A stretch of 64,000 nt of DNA from a plasmid. This document shows, piece by piece, positions 59,220-64,000 of the stretch; the first letter of the stretch is position 1, and every line of letters starts with the position of its first letter. The translations under genes were made by a program, and so were the position numbers. The DNA lies in sequence record NZ_CP106961.1; one strand, written 5' to 3'. The notes beneath the pieces were generated by a model. It saw only the letters and a program-made list of their open reading frames with translations, did no database searches and had not been told where the DNA came from.

Positions 59220-62200
59220 ATGATTGAATGGATTATCCGGCGCTCTGTCGCCAACCGTTTCCTGGTCATGATGGGCGCACTGTTTCTCAGCATCTGGGGC
59301 ACATGGACGATAATTAACACGCCGGTCGATGCGCTGCCTGACCTGTCAGATGTGCAGGTCATTATTAAAACCAGCTATCCCGGACAGGCCCCGCAGATTG
59401 TAGAAAACCAGGTCACCTATCCGCTTACCACCACCATGCTGTCCGTACCTGGCGCAAAAACCGTGCGTGGCTTTTCACAGTTCGGTGATTCGTATGTGTA
59501 TGTCATTTTTGAAGACGGCACCGATCTGTACTGGGCCCGTTCGCGCGTGCTGGAATACCTGAATCAGGTTCAGGGCAAACTGCCTGCGGGTGTGAGCTCT
59601 GAAATCGGCCCGGACGCCACGGGAGTGGGCTGGATATTTGAATATGCCCTTGTCGATCGCAACGGAAAACACGACCTTTCAGAACTGCGCTCTCTGCAGG
59701 ACTGGTTCCTGAAATTTGAGCTGAAAACCATCCCGAACGTGGCTGAGGTCGCTTCGGTTGGCGGCGTGGTGAAACAGTACCAGATTCAGGTCAATCCGGT
59801 AAAACTGTCCCAGTACGGTATCAGCCTGCCCGAAGTGAAACAGGCACTTGAATCGTCTAACCAGGAGGCCGGTGGCTCATCCGTTGAAATGGCCGAAGCG
59901 GAGTATATGGTCCGTGCCAGCGGTTATCTTCAGAGCATTGATGATTTTAATAACATCGTCCTGAAAACAGGTGAGAACGGCGTGCCGGTTTATCTGCGGG
60001 ATGTTGCCCGCGTGCAGACCGGGCCCGAAATGAGGCGTGGTATTGCCGAGCTGAACGGCCAGGGAGAAGTCGCTGGCGGCGTGGTGATCCTGCGGTCGGG
60101 TAAAAATGCGCGCGACGTTATCACGGCAGTGAGGGATAAACTGGAGACGCTGAAGGCCAGCCTGCCGGAAGGCGTTGAAATCGTGACCACCTACGATCGC
60201 AGCCAGTTAATCGACCGGGCGATTGATAACCTCAGTTCCAAACTTCTGGAAGAGTTTATCGTGGTGGCCATCGTCTGTGCTCTGTTCCTGTGGCACGTAC
60301 GTTCTGCCCTGGTGGCGATTATCTCTCTGCCGCTTGGCCTGTGTATCGCCTTTATCGTCATGCACTTCCAGGGACTGAACGCCAATATCATGTCGCTGGG
60401 AGGGATAGCGATTGCCGTCGGTGCGATGGTGGATGCCGCCATTGTGATGATTGAAAATGCGCACAAACGGCTTGAGGAGTGGGATCATCAGCATCCGGGT
60501 GAGCAGATTGACAACGCCACCCGCTGGAAGGTGATTACCGACGCCTCCGTGGAAGTGGGACCCGCGTTGTTCATTAGCCTGCTGATCATCACCCTGTCCT
60601 TTATTCCTATCTTTACCCTGGAAGGGCAGGAAGGTCGTCTGTTTGGCCCGCTGGCATTCACGAAAACGTACTCCATGGCGGGAGCGGCCGCACTGGCCAT
60701 CATCGTCATTCCTATTCTGATGGGATTCTGGATCCGGGGGAAAATTCCTGCCGAGACAAGTAACCCCCTGAACCGGGTGCTGATCAAAGCGTATCATCCT
60801 TTGCTGCTGCGGGTCCTCCACTGGCCAAAAACAACCCTGCTGGTTGCGGCCTTGTCCATTTTCACGGTTATCTGGCCACTGAGTCAGGTGGGCGGTGAAT
60901 TTCTGCCGAAGATTAACGAGGGCGATCTGCTGTATATGCCGTCGACCTTGCCTGGCGTCTCTCCGGCAGAAGCTGCAGCGCTCCTGCAGACAACAGACAA
61001 GTTAATCAAAAGCGTTCCTGAAGTGGCTTCTGTATTTGGCAAGACCGGTAAAGCAGAGACCGCAACGGATTCCGCGCCGCTCGAAATGGTGGAAACCACG
61101 ATCCAGCTCAAACCTGAGGATCAGTGGCGTCCCGGCATGACAATTGACAAGATTATTGATGAACTCGACAGGACAGTCCGTTTACCGGGTCTGGCAAACC
61201 TCTGGGTGCCGCCTATCCGTAACCGTATTGATATGCTCTCAACCGGGATCAAAAGCCCGATAGGTATCAAAGTGTCCGGGACTGTTCTGTCCGATATCGA
61301 CGCGACGGCGCAGAGTATCGAGGCGGTAACCAAAACGGTACCGGGTGTGGTGTCTGTCCTGGCTGAGCGACTGGAAGGTGGACGTTACATTGATGTGGAC
61401 ATTAACCGGGAAAAAGCTTCCCGGTACGGGATGACAGTAGGTGATGTCCAGCTGTTCGTCTCATCAGCCATCGGCGGTGCGACGGTAGGGGAAACGGTGG
61501 AAGGCGTGGCCCGGTACCCTATTAACATTCGTTACCCACAGGATTACCGCAACAGTCCGCAGGCGCTGAAACAGATGCCGATCCTGACCCCGATGAAGCA
61601 GCAGATCACACTGGGCGATGTCGCGGATATTAAAGTCGTTTCTGGACCAACCATGCTGAAAACCGAAAATGCCCGGCCAGCCAGCTGGATTTATGTTGAT
61701 GCCCGCGGCAGGGACATGGTGTCGGTGGTTAACGACATTAAGACGGCCATCAGCGAGAAAGTGAAACTGAGACCGGGAACCAGTGTGGCATTCTCCGGAC
61801 AGTTTGAACTGCTTGAGCATGCCAACAAGAAACTGAAGCTGATGGTGCCGATGACGGTGATGATCATTTTCATCCTGTTGTATCTGGCATTCCGCCGGGT
61901 TGACGAAGCCCTGCTGATCCTGATGAGCCTGCCGTTCGCCCTGGTTGGCGGAATATGGTTCCTGTACTGGCAGGGCTTCCATATGTCAGTGGCGACCGGA
62001 ACCGGGTTTATCGCCCTGGCCGGGGTGGCAGCAGAGTTTGGCGTGGTCATGCTGATGTATCTGCGTCATGCCATTGAAGCGCACCCGGAATTGTCCCGTA
62101 AAGAGACGTTCACACCGGAAGGTCTTGATGAAGCCCTCTATCATGGTGCCGTACTGCGTGTCCGGCCGAAAGCCATGACCGTGGCGGTGATCATTGCGGG

Positions 62201-62366
62201 TCTGCTGCCAATACTCTGGGGAACCGGCGCAGGTTCAGAAGTCATGAGCCGTATTGCTGCGCCAATGATTGGTGGGATGATCACGGCTCCGCTGCTGTCC
62301 CTGTTCATTATTCCTGCCGCCTACAAATTAATCTGGCTGCGCAGACATAAAAAAAGCGTGTCATAA
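59220..62366 (+). CDS. silA: RND efflux pump SilA (CusA-like)
   Basis: 1048-aa ORF. Confidence 0.95.
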   Translation: MIEWIIRRSVANRFLVMMGALFLSIWGTWTIINTPVDALPDLSDVQVIIKTSYPGQAPQIVENQVTYPLTTTMLSVPGAKTVRGFSQFGDSYVYVIFEDGTDLYWARSRVLEYLNQVQGKLPAGVSSEIGPDATGVGWIFEYALVDRNGKHDLSELRSLQDWFLKFELKTIPNVAEVASVGGVVKQYQIQVNPVKLSQYGISLPEVKQALESSNQEAGGSSVEMAEAEYMVRASGYLQSIDDFNNIVLKTGENGVPVYLRDVARVQTGPEMRRGIAELNGQGEVAGGVVILRSGKNARDVITAVRDKLETLKASLPEGVEIVTTYDRSQLIDRAIDNLSSKLLEEFIVVAIVCALFLWHVRSALVAIISLPLGLCIAFIVMHFQGLNANIMSLGGIAIAVGAMVDAAIVMIENAHKRLEEWDHQHPGEQIDNATRWKVITDASVEVGPALFISLLIITLSFIPIFTLEGQEGRLFGPLAFTKTYSMAGAAALAIIVIPILMGFWIRGKIPAETSNPLNRVLIKAYHPLLLRVLHWPKTTLLVAALSIFTVIWPLSQVGGEFLPKINEGDLLYMPSTLPGVSPAEAAALLQTTDKLIKSVPEVASVFGKTGKAETATDSAPLEMVETTIQLKPEDQWRPGMTIDKIIDELDRTVRLPGLANLWVPPIRNRIDMLSTGIKSPIGIKVSGTVLSDIDATAQSIEAVTKTVPGVVSVLAERLEGGRYIDVDINREKASRYGMTVGDVQLFVSSAIGGATVGETVEGVARYPINIRYPQDYRNSPQALKQMPILTPMKQQITLGDVADIKVVSGPTMLKTENARPASWIYVDARGRDMVSVVNDIKTAISEKVKLRPGTSVAFSGQFELLEHANKKLKLMVPMTVMIIFILLYLAFRRVDEALLILMSLPFALVGGIWFLYWQGFHMSVATGTGFIALAGVAAEFGVVMLMYLRHAIEAHPELSRKETFTPEGLDEALYHGAVLRVRPKAMTVAVIIAGLLPILWGTGAGSEVMSRIAAPMIGGMITAPLLSLFIIPAAYKLIWLRRHKKSVS

Positions 62367-62452
62367 CCCTGAAAGGGCGCCCCCAGTGGGCGTCCTTCTG
62401 CACTGATTCACCCTGACGTCAGGGTTTATATCGATAATATACAGAGGTGAGT

Positions 62453-62893
62453 ATGAAAAAAGTGGTTCTAATGGCCCTGGCTCTCGGCCTGTCACTGCCT
62501 GCAATGGCGAGTGAAAAAGTCATTGATATGTACAAATCTGAAAACTGTGGCTGTTGTTCCCTGTGGGGCAAAGCGATGGAAAAAGACGGGTTCGAAGTGC
62601 GAACTCACGTCATGAATGATCAGGCGCTGTCAGCCCTGAAAGAAAAGCATGCTGTTCCTGCTGGACTACGAAGTTGTCATACCGCGGTTGTAGGTAATTT
62701 GATCATTGAAGGCCATGTGCCTGCGGCAACGATACATAAGGCCATGCAGTCTGGTTCGGGTATATACGGTCTCGCCACCCCCGGTATGCCAGCAGGAAGT
62801 CCGGGAATGGAGATGGGGGCCCGAAAAGAGGCTTACGATGTTATCGCATTCTCACCGGAGGGCAGTAAAAAAGTCTTCCAGCGAATCGAATAG
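62453..62893 (+). CDS. silG: DUF411 periplasmic protein (ORF105/SilG)
   Basis: The ORF lies between silA and silP, with a signal peptide and a CGCC motif. Confidence 0.7.
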   Translation: MKKVVLMALALGLSLPAMASEKVIDMYKSENCGCCSLWGKAMEKDGFEVRTHVMNDQALSALKEKHAVPAGLRSCHTAVVGNLIIEGHVPAATIHKAMQSGSGIYGLATPGMPAGSPGMEMGARKEAYDVIAFSPEGSKKVFQRIE

Positions 62894-63020
62894 TCAGCGG
62901 AACGGCTGATAACGGGACGCCGGCAGCAGGCACTCTTATGCCGGCGGCATTCGTGGTAATCGCATCCATGACATATCCTGAAGACAGAAAATGCTTCAGA
63001 TATGCATAAGGAGAGTTACT

Positions 63021-64000
63021 GTGAAAAATGACAATGCAGTGGAACATAACAACCAGACTGCTTCTGAGCAGACATCATCCCCGGACGAGAGTCACGCATT
63101 GCATAAGGTGAGAGATCCCGTGTGCGGGATGGTCATCCTGCCTGACAAGGCGCACAGCAGCATTCGATACCAGGACCATCAGCTTTATTTCTGCTCCGCC
63201 AGCTGTGAGAGCAAATTTAAAGCCCATCCCGATCATTATTTTACCGAAGATGCCAGTGAACATCACCATCACCACGACCACCATGAAGTCAGCCCTGATA
63301 AGATAAAACAGTCTCACCGCCAGGCGGAGAAAGAGATTTCTGAAGGTGTGTGGACATGTCCGATGCATCCGGAGATACGCCGTAGTGGTCCCGGAAGCTG
63401 TCCTGTCTGTGGAATGGCACTGGAGCCGCTCGTAGCTACGGCATCCACGGGGACGAGTGATGAACTTCGCGACATGACAAGACGCTTCTGGCTGGGGTTG
63501 TTGCTGGCGTTTCCGGTTCTGGTACTCGAAATGGGATCTCATCTGTTTCCCGACTTGAGGAATACAGTACCGCCACAGTACAACACATGGCTGCAGCTGC
63601 TTCTGGCCTCCCCTGTCGTGTTGTGGTGTGGCTGGCCATTCTTCGCCCGGGCCGTAATGTCGTTACGTAACCGCTCCCTGAATATGTTTACCCTTGTTGC
63701 AATGGGGACCGGCGTAGCCTGGGTTTACAGCGTCATTGCAACCGTCTTCCCCTCCTGGTTTCCTGCATCGTTCAGAAACATGGATGGCCTGGTGGCCGTT
63801 TATTTTGAAGCCGCAGCAGTTATTACGGTGCTTGTTCTGCTGGGACAGGTTCTTGAGCTGCGGGCACGGGAACAAACCTCAGGCGCCATTACTGCGCTTC
63901 TGAACCTTGCCCCCAAAACCGCCAGACGGCTGGATCATGACGGTCATGAAACGGATATTAATGCGGAAGATGTCCTGCCTGGCGATAAGCTCCGCATCAG
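63021..64000 (+). CDS. silP: P1B-type ATPase SilP, 5' partial (continues beyond the window)
   Basis: GTG start with RBS AAGGAGAG. VKNDNAVEHNNQ… is followed by an N-terminal CxxC metal-binding motif and a His-rich stretch. It was not listed in the ORF track because it is open-ended. Confidence 0.85.
   Translation, partial: MKNDNAVEHNNQTASEQTSSPDESHALHKVRDPVCGMVILPDKAHSSIRYQDHQLYFCSASCESKFKAHPDHYFTEDASEHHHHHDHHEVSPDKIKQSHRQAEKEISEGVWTCPMHPEIRRSGPGSCPVCGMALEPLVATASTGTSDELRDMTRRFWLGLLLAFPVLVLEMGSHLFPDLRNTVPPQYNTWLQLLLASPVVLWCGWPFFARAVMSLRNRSLNMFTLVAMGTGVAWVYSVIATVFPSWFPASFRNMDGLVAVYFEAAAVITVLVLLGQVLELRAREQTSGAITALLNLAPKTARRLDHDGHETDINAEDVLPGDKLRI

Overview
This window is a mosaic accessory region of a large Enterobacteriaceae plasmid, Klebsiella/E. 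coli-like and IncF-type.

Contents by region:

- **1-2.9 kb:** an F-like sopA/sopB partition operon, followed by a sopC-like centromere built from about 16 tandem 26-bp palindrome-containing repeats.
- **3-7.6 kb:** a decayed leading-region remnant. It contains a frameshifted ardA and a frameshifted ParB-like nuclease gene, with an IS2-like IS3-family element inserted between them.
- **7.7-9.2 kb:** an IS481-family insertion sequence.
- **9.7-21.5 kb:** a chromosome-like metabolic/regulatory island. It carries a CMD/AhpD-family protein, AraC, GlxA-type and LysR regulators, two MFS transporters, two SDRs, an aldo-keto reductase, a secreted alpha/beta hydrolase, a YahK-like alcohol dehydrogenase and a cyclophilin-like protein.
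- **21.6-22.2 kb:** relBE.
- **22.2-24.6 kb:** nested IS debris. A truncated IS481-like end is interrupted by an intact IS911, which in turn interrupts an IS3-family orfB remnant.
- **24.8-27 kb:** higBA and a plasmid hns gene.
- **27.5-27.7 kb:** an orphan array of 44-bp palindromic repeats.
- **28.9-30.7 kb:** a gene for a small secreted protein, an acrB-like 3' fragment and a GNAT acetyltransferase.
- **30.7-39.4 kb:** an 8.7-kb Tn21/Tn501-family transposon in which cadR/cadA and an IS26 replace most of the mer operon, leaving merD-merE-urf2-res-tnpR. Its tnpA is disrupted by an internal ~1.3-kb inversion.
- **39.4-45.5 kb:** an IS1 fragment and an E. coli-like lacI-lacZ-lacY operon; lacA is truncated by the IS1.
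- **46.2-49.2 kb:** three uncharacterised ORFs, including a 559-aa protein with internal repeats whose 5' end abuts a truncated second IS911 copy.
- **49.9-52.1 kb:** a small AT-rich island encoding a 107-aa protein and a 304-aa McrA-like HNH nuclease. The HNH protein is the top candidate for an uncharacterised modification-dependent restriction or defence gene.
- **52.5-64 kb:** a DUF305 protein gene and the silver/copper resistance cluster silE-silS-silR-silC-silF-silB-silA-silG-silP.

No CRISPR array, rRNA or tRNA genes were seen.
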